Positions 21,030 through 31,197 of a stretch of 33,175 nucleotides of DNA are shown piece by piece (within the stretch, counting starts at the first letter, position 1; each line of letters opens with the position of its first letter). The translations under genes and the position numbers were made by a program. The notes under the pieces were generated by a model. It saw only the letters and a list, made by a program, of their open reading frames with translations, searched no databases and had not been told where the DNA came from. The stretch comes from Octopus bimaculoides (lineage: Eukaryota): NCBI RefSeq assembly GCF_001194135.2, contig NC_069002.1, positions 25,860,854-25,894,028 on the forward strand. Direction: 5' to 3'.

Positions 21030-21160
21030 GTGGCCAGAATCCTTAGTCCTATGCTGGACATTCCAAGTCTACTGAGGATGACTTTGACTTTCAACCTTTC
21101 AGGAATGAGAAAATAAAAGTACCAGTAACATACTGGGGTTGTTGATGTAATTGACTTGCC
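21030..21160 (+). mobile_element. Degraded SINE family B, 3' part
   Basis: GAGGATGACTTTGACTTTCAACCTTTCAGG...AAGTACCAGTAACATACTGGGGTTG. Confidence 0.6.
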
Positions 21161-21179
21161 CACACTCCTGATGTTTCTG

Positions 21180-21282
21180 GTGCTGATGCAGGTGGTGGTG
21201 GTAGTGGTGATGGTGATGATGATCATGATGGTGGTGGTGGTGATGGTAGTGGTGGTGATGATGATAATGGTGGTGGTGGTGG
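21180..21282. repeat. (GGT/GAT)n microsatellite
   Basis: Directly visible. Confidence 0.9.
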
Positions 21283-22443
21283 CATTCCTGTAATTTTTTT
21301 TCTTTCAAAATGACATTTTAAAAGCAATTTTAGTCTAACCTTTTTTCAAAAGTGTTAATTTTTTCCTATTTCNNNNNNNNNNNNNNNNNNNNNNNNNNNN
21401 NNNNNNNNNNNNNNNNNNNNNNNNNNNNNNNNNNNNNNNNNNNNNNNNNNNNNNNNNNNNNNNNNNNNNNNNNNNNNNNNNNNNNNNNNNNNNNNNNNNN
21501 NNNNNNNNNNNNNNNNNNNNNNNNNNNNNNNNNNNNNNNNNNNNNNNNNNNNNNNNNNNNNNNNNNNNNNNNNNNNNNNNNNNNNNNNNNNNNNNNNNNN
21601 NNNNNNNNNNNNNNNNNNNNNNNNNNNNNNNNNNNNNNNNNNNNNNNNNNNNNNNNNNNNNNNNNNNNNNNNNNNNNNNNNNNNNNNNNNNNNNNNNNNN
21701 NNNNNNNNNNNNNNNNNNNNNNNNNNNNNNNNNNNNNNNNNNNNNNNNNNNNNNNNNNNNNNNNNNNNNNNNNNNNNNNNNNNNNNNNNNNNNNNNNNNN
21801 NNNNNNNNNNNNNNNNNNNNNNNNNNNNNNNNNNNNNNNNNNNNNNNNNNNNNNNNNNNNNNNNNNNNNNNNNNNNNNNNNNNNNNNNNNNNNNNNNNNN
21901 NNNNNNNNNNNNNNNNNNNNNNNNNNNNNNNNNNNNNNNNNNNNNNNNNNNNNNNNNNNNNNNNNNNNNNNNNNNNNNNNNNNNNNNNNNNNNNNNNNNN
22001 NNNNNNNNNNNNNNNNNNNNNNNNNNNNNNNNNNNNNNNNNNNNNNNNNNNNNNNNNNNNNNNNNNNNNNNCCTTGTTCTTCTTCTCACTAATGCCAAAC
22101 AGAAATTTATCTTCTCCAAAGTATGGACCATGCTAAATTCCTTCTGTTATGTGGCAGCAACGCTTCGAGGATATTGATTTATCTGTGTATAAAATGTCAA
22201 CAGCAACAAATTGTAGATAAATATATTCGGGTCACTGACAGACATGGAGACTACATTTGTTTCTTGACTGAGTGTTTTAAAAGATTTAGATTATTAATGC
22301 TTTCAAGTGCTTGGTGGGGGAGTGGGGGGAGGGCAGAAGTGAGGATGGGGTGGGTGTTGTGTTTTGTGTGTGTTTTTTTTCTGTTTTTCTTTTGTTAGCG
22401 TCTTGTGGCGATGACTGGAGAAAATTAATTCCCGGTCACTTAC

Positions 22444-22519
22444 AATGTCCATGATTGATCGGGTTGTTATGAGAAACCTTGCAGTTCGGTTTGATAAACT
22501 AACGATTTCTCTTCTGTTA
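22444..22519 (-). other. Candidate host exon (76 nt) with possible start codon
   Basis: Minus strand reads CCATTCCATACAG|TAACAG...TCAATCATGGACATT|GTAAGT, with a consensus donor, a plausible acceptor and an open frame NRREIVSLSNRTARFLITTRSIMDI. Confidence 0.4.
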
Positions 22520-22535
22520 CTGTATGGAATGGGTA

Positions 22536-22681
22536 AATAGATAGATAGATAGATAGATAGATACAGAAAGAGGTAGATAGGTAGCTATGTAGGTAGGTAA
22601 GTAGATAGGTAGATAGAAAGATAGATAGACAGATAGATAGATAGACTGTAAGATATATAGTGGTAGATAGATATTGACATA

Positions 22682-22721
<40 letters not shown>

Positions 22722-22752
22722 ATACATATATAAATATATATATATATATATA
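22536..22752. repeat. (GATA)n, (CA)n, (TA)n
   Basis: Directly visible. Confidence 0.95.
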
Positions 22753-22794
22753 AGAGACAGAGGNNNNNNNNNNAGTCCTTGTCGTTCTTGTCAT

Positions 22795-23420
22795 CACTGT
22801 CCTTTACTATTGTCATCACCATTGTCATCACCACTGTCATCACCATTGTCATCACCACTGTCATCACCATTGTCATCACCACTGTCATCACCATTGTCAT
22901 CACCATTGTCATCACCACTGTCATCACCATTGTCATCATCACTGGCATCACCATTGTCATCACCGCTGTCATCACCATTGTCATCACCACTGTCATCACC
23001 ATTGTCATCATCACTGTCATCACCATTGTCATCATCACAGTCATCACCATTGTCACCACCATTGTCATCATTAGTCATCACCGTTGTCATCACCATCATC
23101 ATTACCATTGTTATCACCGTTGTCATCACCATTGTCATCATCATGGTCATCACTGTTGTCATCCCCATTGTCATCACCATTGTTATCACCATCGTCATCA
23201 TTATTGTCATCATCATTGTCATCACCGTTGTCACCACCATCGTCATTACCATTGTGATCACCGTTGTCATCACCATTGTCATCACCATTGTCATCACCGT
23301 TGTCACCACCATCGTCATTACCATTGTCATCACCATTGTCATCACCATTGTCATCACCATTGTCATCACCGTTGTCACCACCATTGTCACCACCATTGTC
23401 ATCACCATTGTCATCACCAG
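22795..23420. repeat. 12-bp minisatellite, unit TGTCATCACCAY
   Basis: Roughly 50 units with variants. This explains the overlapping low-complexity ORFs. Confidence 0.95.
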
Positions 23421-23821
23421 TATCTTCAATACTGTCTATGATGATGATGATGACATCTGTGGCAATAATGACAAAGATGACAACAACAGTGGGGAAATGA
23501 TCGAAATAATGAAGTGATGAAGTGATAAATGAGGAAACAAAGATGATAAGAGACAACAACAATAATTAACACATTTCAGATTCTGGGGATAAGAGCCAAA
23601 TATTTACTTTGACTTGATTTTTTTTTTTTTCTGACATAAATCAATTCGATTTGTCTCAAACATTACAAACAAGCTTAATCATCTATTACAGCTGGTTCTC
23701 TCCAAACAGTTTCAAGAGATTCCATGTAGACAAATGTGTTTTCCCTGTCATCACTAATGGATTTAAAGTTATTTGTTGTCAAACACTGCTTGTTCTATTA
23801 ATAAAACTGCTACTTCAGTTT

Positions 23822-24768
23822 TTAGCCCTTTAGCATTCAGATATTACTCTGTCAAATGTAATGCTTATTTATTCACCTTGTTTTCAATTAATCATGAATT
23901 AACTCGTAGCTTTGAGATTTGAGTGATGCAAATGATTAATTTTTAGAATGACATTGTAGAGTGTGTATGAAGCCAGATCTGGCTGGTCGTGGGGTCCCAG
24001 ATTTGTTGCCTGTGTACTGTTAGTCTGCCCCTCAAGGTTATACTAGTTTGACCTATGCAGTTTCCACATTTGAGAACACAGATTAAGTTCTTCGAAGCAC
24101 AGGTGAAGTGATTTTTTTATGGTATCAAAGTTTCAGTCATACTAAGTTAAGAGGGAGAAAAACAAGTTTTACCTGACTTAAATTTGTATGTTGAGCTCTC
24201 TAAGAAGATGCAAGTCCTGCAGTTAGGGCAGTTGCACTTTTTGACTCGTGGGGTTGGGCGCTGGTGAGTAACTTTTTAGGGATTGCGGTAGAATATTTAT
24301 GCCTGATATAGTTGGTTTAAATGCTAACGAGTTAACCCTTTAGCATTCTAATTACTCAGTCAATCTGATGCTTATTTATTCACATCATTTTGAATTAATC
24401 ATGGAGTACCTCATAGCTTTGAAATTTCAATGATGTGATTGTTTATCTTTCAGGGTGAGATTGTTGGGTAGGTATAAGAGGTCAGATCTGGCTAGTTTGA
24501 GCATAGAAAAAGTAGAATATTTGGACAGGCTATGGTTGGTTTAATCTTTTAGCATTTAGAATATTTTGCCAAATGTAATGATTATGTATTCACATTGTTT
24601 TGAATTAATCATGAATTATCTCATAGCTTTGAGATTTTGAGGAAGTAAATGTTAATTTTTAGAATGATAATGGAGGGTAGGTATGAGAGGCTGAATCTAG
24701 CCAGTTTAAGCTTAAAACAGGTAGAATATTTTGGCCAGATATGTTCAGTTTAAAGGTTAAAGGGTCAA
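23822..24768 (+). mobile_element. Head-to-tail array of three piggyBac-type MITEs
   Basis: Units begin TTAA/TTAG-CCCTTTAGCATT and end AATGCTAA(AGGG)-TTAA variants. Shared TTAA at 24332-24335 and 24541-24544. The first unit is interrupted by a PLE fragment. Confidence 0.8.
23987..24288 (-). pseudogene. Penelope-like element GIY-YIG endonuclease fragment
   Basis: Manual translation of the minus strand: KKLLTSA...PRVKKCNCPNCRTCIFL...FKSGKT...NHFTCASKNLICVLKCGNC[..]IGQTSITLRGRLTVHRQQIWDP. This is the Cys-rich linker plus the LIY/YIG-type motif and RxxxH. Confidence 0.8.
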
Positions 24769-25077
24769 TCTATTCCCACTGCAGCAGGAACAAGGCTTGA
24801 TAAGGTTAAAGCAGTAGGATAGGATTTGATGGAGATTTGCTTGCTATTTCTAGCAGATTCAGTGGCTATATAGAGGCTCCTTCCTTAGCCTGCAAGTCAT
24901 GTTAAAAGACAATAGTCTTTATGTTATTTTCATTTTGAAAACTTGGAATATTTAAAAACCTGAGGCAAATAACTGTCTGGAAGTATTCATTCAGGACACA
25001 TGGACATTGTTCTCTGGAAGTATTCTTTAGGGACACACAGACACTGTTTGAAAATTCAGATCCAGGAACTCTGAGAC

Positions 25078-25135
25078 ATAAAACAGATAGAATATTTGGG
25101 CCGGATATGGCCAGATAAAAATGCTAATGAGTCAA
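25078..25135 (+). mobile_element. Right-end fragment of the same piggyBac-type MITE
   Basis: AAACAGATAGAATATTTGGGCCGGATATGGCCAGATAAAAATGCTAATGAGTCAA. Confidence 0.65.
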
Positions 25136-25264
25136 GATGATTTCGATGTTGCACAATGCCCCCAGTGTTTGTAAAACGAGTCTGAACTAGTTTGAACTAG
25201 TCTGAACCATCAATGGAAGCTATTGTTTATATGATCATAATTTCCCTATAACAATAAACAGCAA

Positions 25265-25440
25265 ATAATATTCTCCAATACATGACAATATCTCTAAAAT
25301 ATTCTACAATGAATGGTATTATCTCTAGATTAGATTGCATTATAGCTACAATATTCTACAAGAAATGACAATGTCTTTGAAATATTCTGCAGCAAATGGT
25401 ATTGTCATTACAATATTCTTCAATGAATGGTAATAACTCA
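25265..25440. repeat. Degenerate ~31-bp minisatellite (AATATTCTACAATGAATGGTATT...)
   Basis: AATATTCT recurs about five times with similar downstream sequence. Confidence 0.7.
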
Positions 25441-25474
25441 TTAAGATTCTACAACAAATAACAGTCTCTTTTCT

Positions 25475-26007
25475 GTTCTGTATTTAAGAGATGAGGAATT
25501 ACTCTCTTTTACTCTTTTACTTGTTTCAGTCATTTGACTGCGGCCATGCTGGAGCACCGCCTTTAGTCGAGCAAATCGACCCCAGGACTTATTCTTTGTA
25601 AGCCTAGTACTTATTCTAACGGTCTCTTTTGCCAAACCGCTAAGTTACAGGTACGCAAACACACCACCATCGGTTGTCAAGCAACGTTGCGGGGACAAAC
25701 AGATACACAAACATATACACACACATACATATATATATACATATATACGACGGGCTTCTTTCAGTTTCCATCTACCAAATCCACTCACAAGGCTTTGGTC
25801 AGCCCGAGGCTATAGTAGAAGACACTTGCCCAAGGTGCCATGCAGTGGGAATGAACCCGGAACCATGTAGTTGGTAAACAAGCTACTTACCACACAGCCA
25901 TTCATGCGCCTATTATTTACATTATTTATATTATTTACAATATTTACATTTGACAGATAACACAATGTTTTGGCTGATATAACCTCCAGCCTTCATCAGG
26001 CATCTTG
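25475..26007 (-). mobile_element. Hammerhead-SINE tail arm (locus 2), split by a family A SINE
   Basis: 25475-25502 GTTCTGTATTTAAGAGATGAGGAATTA matches the 3' end at 7404. 25912-26007 carries the tail with the hammerhead GATGC-CTGATGA-A-GGCTG...CAGCC-AAAA-CA-TT-GTGTT on the minus strand. Confidence 0.8.
25503..25911 (-). mobile_element. SINE family A, full length
   Basis: Minus strand has head AGGCGCATGAATGGCTGTGTGG, B-box GGTTCATTCCC, GGCACCTTGGGCAAGTGTCTTCTACTATAGCC, microsatellite and shared tail. Confidence 0.9.
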
Positions 26008-26013
26008 ACCATA

Positions 26014-26266
26014 GGCATATGGCATAGTGGTTAAGAGCACAGGCTACTAACCCCAAAACTCCGAGTTCGATTCCAGGCAGTGACCTGAATAATAATAATA
26101 ATAATGACAATAATAATAATAATGACAATAATAATAATAATAATATTTCGAACCCGTTGAAGGTACGCGAGATACCGAAATATTGTGTTCAGCAAATTTA
26201 ATTATGGAACTCTTCTTCTTTATTTACATATTCCCTCCCGAGGAGTCATAGCAGTCCTATATTATC

Positions 26267-26297
<31 letters not shown>

Positions 26298-26442
26298 TCG
26301 AAAAATACCTTAGGAATGAGAACCCAGGTTTGAAATTTCCCCAAGACACCTGATGAAGGCTGGAGGGTAGATCAGCCGAAATGTTGTGTTAACAACAAAC
26401 AAGATGAGGACAAATATCCGTCAAATGTAAATAATGTAAATA
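26014..26442 (+). mobile_element. Hammerhead-SINE full-head arm (locus 2)
   Basis: A-box TGGCATAGTGG (26020-26030), B-box GTTCGATTC (26065-26073), (AAT)n containing insert 26145-26269, and tail 26297-26442. The composite is flanked by AGTCTCTTTTCT at 25463-25474 and 26443-26454. Confidence 0.88.
26345..26390 (+). ncRNA. Minimal type I hammerhead ribozyme motif (best-preserved copy)
   Basis: GACAC-CTGATGA-A-GGCTG-GAGGGTAGAT-CAGCC-GAAA-TG-TT-GTGTT. The core is intact and stems I and II pair. Only the stem III CG>TG change differs from the consensus. Confidence 0.78.
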
Positions 26443-26469
26443 AGTCTCTTTTCTCTTATATCTTTATTT

Positions 26470-26850
26470 TTCACTCATTTCATTCATTTAGACTGCGGCC
26501 ATGCTGGGGCACTGCCTTGAAAGAATTTTTTGTTGAGTGATCGATACCGACCCATTTCTTTTAAAGCCTGGTACTTATTCTATTGGTGCCTTTTGCTGAA
26601 TCTCTAAGTTATGGAGACAAACAAAGCAACACCAGTGGTCAAGGGGAGGCATGGACAAACACAGACAGACAGACACACACATGATGGACTTCTTTCACAC
26701 ATACACACATGCACGCACTAACACACACATATACGATGGATTTCTTTCACACACATGCACGCACACACGCACGCATACACACACATGCACACACACACAT
26801 ACATACACAGATGCACACACACATATGTACAATGGATTTCTTTCATACAC
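26470..26850 (-). mobile_element. SINE family A 3' half with tandemly amplified GATGGA(C/T)TTCTTTCA-(CA)n segment
   Basis: Tail GACTGCGGCCATGCTGGGGCACTGCC. The internal segment is repeated three times at 26682-26850. Confidence 0.75.
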
Positions 26851-26851
26851 A

Positions 26852-27070
26852 CACAACTCCCTGCTCAAAACCTTTCTTCAGGGAACTGTTGAGAGAGGGC
26901 AAAAGAGAGGCAGACAGAGAAAATCAAGGTTTGGCAACATCGAGGACTGGACAGGTCACCACACATCTAACAGTGACCAGTGACAACGTGTGATTATGAA
27001 AGCATCTAAAGTGGACTGTCAAATGATTCTCTGCATCAGTTAAGAAATCCTGATTATGATGATGATGATG
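26852..27070 (+). mobile_element. RTE-clade LINE 3' fragment
   Basis: HNSLLKTFLQGTVERGQKRGRQRKSRFGNIEDWTG followed by a (GAT)n tail. Confidence 0.8.
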
Positions 27071-27136
27071 ATATAGATATACATATAGATATACATATAC
27101 ATACATACGTAAATATATACATATACATATATGTTA

Positions 27137-27197
27137 TATCATCATCATCGTTTAACGTCCGCTTTCCATGCTAGCATGGGTTGAACGATTTGACTGA
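27137..27197 (-). mobile_element. RTE-tail element 3' stub
   Basis: (ATC)n-GTTTAACGTCCGCTTTCCATGCTAGCATGGGTTG, nearly identical to 31198-31250. Confidence 0.8.
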
Positions 27198-27266
27198 GAA
27201 GTATATATACATACTTGATAATTGCAAGCACCTGTATATGCCAGATAGTGGCCGGGGTGAAAGAAT

Positions 27267-27343
27267 AAATTAAAAATGTAAAAATAAAAACAGAACACAA
27301 AGGATTCCTTTTTGTTCTGTTTTTATTTTTCTGTTTTTAATTT
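27267..27343. repeat. ~77-bp imperfect AT-rich palindrome
   Basis: AAATTAAAAA..AAAAATAAAAACAGAACA.AAAGGA paired with TCCTTTTTGTTCTGTTTTTATTTTTCTGTTTTTAATTT. Confidence 0.8.
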
Positions 27344-28395
27344 ATATATATATATATATATATATATNNNNNNNNNNNNNNNNNNNNNNNNNNNNNNNNN
27401 NNNNNNNNNNNNNNNNNNNNNNNNNNNNNNNNNNNNNNNNNNNNNNNNNNNNNNNNNNNNNNNNNNNNNNNNNNNNNNNNNNNNNNNNNNNNNNNNNNNN
27501 NNNNNNNNNNNNNNNNNNNNNNNNNNNNNNNNNNNNNNNNNNNNNNNNNNNNNNNNNNNNNNNNNNNNNNNNNNNNNNNNNNNNNNNNNNNNNNNNNNNN
27601 NNNNNNNNNNNNNNNNNNNNNNNNNNNNNNNNNNNNNNNNNNNNNNNNNNNNNNNNNNNNNNNNNNNNNNNNNNNNNNNNNNNNNNNNNNNNNNNNNNNN
27701 NNNNNNNNNNNNNNNNNNNNNNNNNNNNNNNNNNNNNNNNNNNNNNNNNNNNNNNNNNNNNNNNNNNNNNNNNNNNNNNNNNNNNNNNNNNNNNNNNNNN
27801 NNNNNNNNNNNNNNNNNNNNNNNNNNNNNNNNNNNNNNNNNNNNNNNNNNNNNNNNNNNNNNNNNNNNNNNNNNNNNNNNNNNNNNNNNNNNNNNNNNNN
27901 NNNNNNNNNNNNNNNNNNNNNNNNNNNNNNNNNAAATAAAAGAAAAAATAATATCTACATACATACACATGCACACACACACATATATATATACATATAT
28001 CAAATATACACATGTATATATATCACACATATATTTGATAAATTATAGATTGTTTTATTTATATATATGTGTGTTTGTGTGCGTGTATTTATACAAACAC
28101 ACACACGAAGCATGTATAATAAATATGGATATATATTTTTTATGCGTGTGAGCATTTATGTGAGAGCATGTTTGTTGTGTGTGTGTGTGTGTGTTGTATT
28201 GAGTATTATGCTGATATCCCCTTTAAAAACATGATATATATATATGTAGATATGCAATAAATCATACACAGGTTAATGCTTTGTGATTCTAGAATCGAAT
28301 CCATTTCTATATCGATGTGATTTATGTCTGTATATATATGTATACATTCAACTACGCAAACTGGCAGACATGCAAACAAAGATGCACACATGCAC

Positions 28396-28397
28396 AA

Positions 28398-28441
<44 letters not shown>

Positions 28442-28444
28442 CCC

Positions 28445-28485
<41 letters not shown>

Positions 28486-28530
28486 TTGTTTATCTATCTA
28501 TCAACACACACACACACACACACACATGTA
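28396..28530. repeat. (TCTA)n and (CA)n
   Basis: Directly visible. Confidence 0.95.
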
Positions 28531-28923
28531 TATATAGAGAGAAATATCATCATCATCTTAATATGTATCTATACAACTTGTTTTATTCAAATATAAATAC
28601 AAAAATCAATACGTTTCTAACCTTTTCTTACTGTTATCTCTCTATCTCTATCTCTGTCATAAATATATATATATATAAGTATATATACACACACATATAT
28701 ATACCCATGTATATTTATATATCTGTATATCTATATTGCTAAAGAATTCTCGATCCTCATTTTTCAGGCGATTCTGGTCTCTGTTAGTGCATATGTTTTC
28801 ATTCATGTGCGTTAACTACAGCATAAGAGCATTTTAGCTCTTATTTCTAGCAATGTAGGAGTTTCTTGCCACCCTAGTCATGTTTAGTGATGATTATATA
28901 TATATATATATATGCATCTATAT

Positions 28924-29130
28924 AGGAATGCCTGTGTGGTAAGTAGCTTGCTTGTGTGGTAAGTAGCTTGCTTACCAACCACATGGTTCCGGGTTCAGTC
29001 CCACTGTGTGGTACCTTGCGCAAGTGACTTCTACTATAGCCTTGGGCTGACAAAAGCCATGTGAGTGGATTTGGCAGACGGAAACTGAAAGAAACCTGTC
29101 GTATATATATATATACGATGTGTCTGTATG
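28924..29130 (+). mobile_element. SINE family A 5' half with 20-bp tandem duplication in head
   Basis: TGTGTGGTAAGTAGCTTGCT at 28933-28952 and 28953-28972. B-box GGTTCAGTCCC. Confidence 0.85.
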
Positions 29131-29139
29131 TGTGTCCTT

Positions 29140-29404
29140 CAGCAATACTTAAAACTCTCACCACTCGGCACAAAGCCAACTCCAGACTATACTCCTTGTC
29201 AGTTGTGGAGTTTTCTTTCAAGAAATACTGGGTGAAGGACCTCACTAGTGCTTGTGCCGTATTGAGACATGTACTGAATATCATCTGTAATGTGGTTGGC
29301 TTTAGGAAGGATATCCAACCATGGACACCACGTGTTAGAGTTTTGACGCAGTCCATTGACTCATCAGATCATGTCTGGTCGTCCAACCTATGCCAGCATG
29401 TTAA

Positions 29405-29493
<89 letters not shown>
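29140..29493 (+). mobile_element. RTE-tail element with long (GAT)n tail
   Basis: GGCTTTAGGAAGGATATCCAACC...GTCCAACCTATGCCAGCATG-TTAAAT(GAT)n. The 5' boundary is uncertain. Confidence 0.65.
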
Positions 29494-29494
<1 letters not shown>

Positions 29495-29554
29495 GTAAGG
29501 TATATTTTATATGTACAAACATCATCATCATCGGGATGCTGATGATGATGATCA

Positions 29555-29877
29555 TCATCATCATTTAATGTCCGTTGTCCAAGATGGCATGGATTGGACG
29601 GTTTGACCAGAGGTGGCAAGCTGGTGGGGATTGCACCAGCCTCCAGTCACATTTGGCATGGTTTCTACGACTGGATGCCCTTCCTTGTGCCAACCACTTT
29701 ACCGACGTGTGTGTGTGTTAGTGTTAGGAAGGGCATCCAACTGTAAAGCTCAGGCCAAAGCAGACAGAAGAGCTCAGTGCAAACGTCAGGCTCACCAGAT
29801 CCTGTCAAAACTGTTCAACCCATGCCAGCATAGAAAACAGACATTAAATGATGATGATGATGATGATGATGATGACG
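29555..29877. mobile_element. Head-to-head inverted pair of RTE-tail elements
   Basis: Minus copy 29555-29700 starts (ATC)nTTTAATGTCC. Plus copy 29712-29877 ends ACATTAAAT(GAT)n. Confidence 0.85.
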
Positions 29878-30736
29878 ATATATACTCTATATAATGCACA
29901 CACACACACACACACACACATATATGCATATGCATGCATATGTGCACATGCGAATGTGCATGACTGCTGATGTTGTTTTCTTGCCATTCTGGCACAATGA
30001 TCAGTCGTTGCGCCTTATCTTAGACCTGTGGAACCTCACCTGAAGAACAGGTGAAGCAAGAGACAGAGAAAGCACCTGATTATAAAATGTCTGCTTGAAA
30101 ATCTATTCCCGTCCAAAACTAACATGCAAAGTAAACGTGAAAGCAAACAAATGAATGCCAACTCAAATATGCTAAACAGCTTGTGTGTGTGTGTGTGTGT
30201 GTGTGTGTCCGTCCATATATATATATATACATACATATATATATAAATATATATANNNNNNNNNNNNNNNNNNNNNNNNNNNNNNNNNNNNNNNNNNNNN
30301 NNNNNNNNNNNNNNNNNNNNNNNNNNNNNNNNNNNNNNNNNNNNNNNNNNNNNNNNNNNNNNNNNNNNNNNNNNNNNNNNNNNNNNNNNNNNNNNNNNNN
30401 NNNNNNNNNNNNNNNNNNNNNNNNNNNNNNNNNNNNNNNNNNNNNNNNNNNNNNNNNNNNNNNNNNNNNNNNNNNNNNNNNNNNNNNNNNNNNNNNNNNN
30501 NNNNNNNNNNNNNNNNNNNNNNNNNNNNNNNNNNNNNNNNNNNNNNNNNNNNNNNNNNNNNNNNNNNNNNNNNNNNNNNNNNNNNNNNNNNNNNNNNNNN
30601 NNNNNNNNNNNNNNNNNNNNNNNNNNNNNNNNNNNNNNNNNNNNNNNNNNNNNNNNNNNNNNNNNNNNNNNNNNNNNNNNNNNNNNNNNNNNNNNNNNNN
30701 NNNNNNNNNNNNNNNNNNNNNNNNNNNNNNNCACAT

Positions 30737-30783
<47 letters not shown>

Positions 30784-30832
30784 CATATATGTGTGTATAT
30801 ATATATATATATATAAATATATATATATATAT

Positions 30833-30897
30833 GGCAAGTGTCTTCTACTATAGCCTTGTGAGTGGATTTTGTAGACGGAAACTGAAAGAAGCCCATC

Positions 30898-30934
<37 letters not shown>

Positions 30935-31178
30935 TATATATATTCATGTGTGCGTGTATCTTTGTGTTTGTGTTTGTTCACCCACCATCGCTTGACAACC
31001 GATGCTGGTGTGTCTACATCCGTGTGATCTAGCAGTTCGGCAAAACAGACTGATAGAATAAGTACTAGGCTTACAAGGAATAGGTCCTGGGGTTAATTTC
31101 TTTCACTAAAACTCTTTAATGTGGTGCTCCAGCTTGGCCACTGTCAAAATGACTGAAACATGTAAAAAAGTAAAAGGG
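30833..31178 (+). mobile_element. SINE family A (5'-truncated at gap)
   Basis: GGCAAGTGTCTTCTACTATAGCC...microsatellite...GTGCTCCAGCTTGGCCACTGTCAAAATGACTGAAAC. Confidence 0.88.
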
Positions 31179-31197
31179 TGAAAGCAAATAAATATAT

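Noticed and set aside
22779-23562. His/Cys-rich, Asp/Gly-rich and Met/Thr/Val-rich ORFs of 160-235 aa
   Set aside because: All frames are open because of a stop-free 12-bp minisatellite. There is no evidence of a real metal-binding or biomineral protein.
25265-25440. Regularly spaced AATATTCT motifs resembling a CRISPR array
   Set aside because: The units are degenerate along their whole length with no unique spacers and no cas genes, in a eukaryotic context. It is a minisatellite.
29990-30095. Minus-strand polypyrimidine tract ending TTCTTCAG|GTGAGG
   Set aside because: It could be read as an acceptor or a donor, but no consistent exon with an open frame and matching partner site was found.
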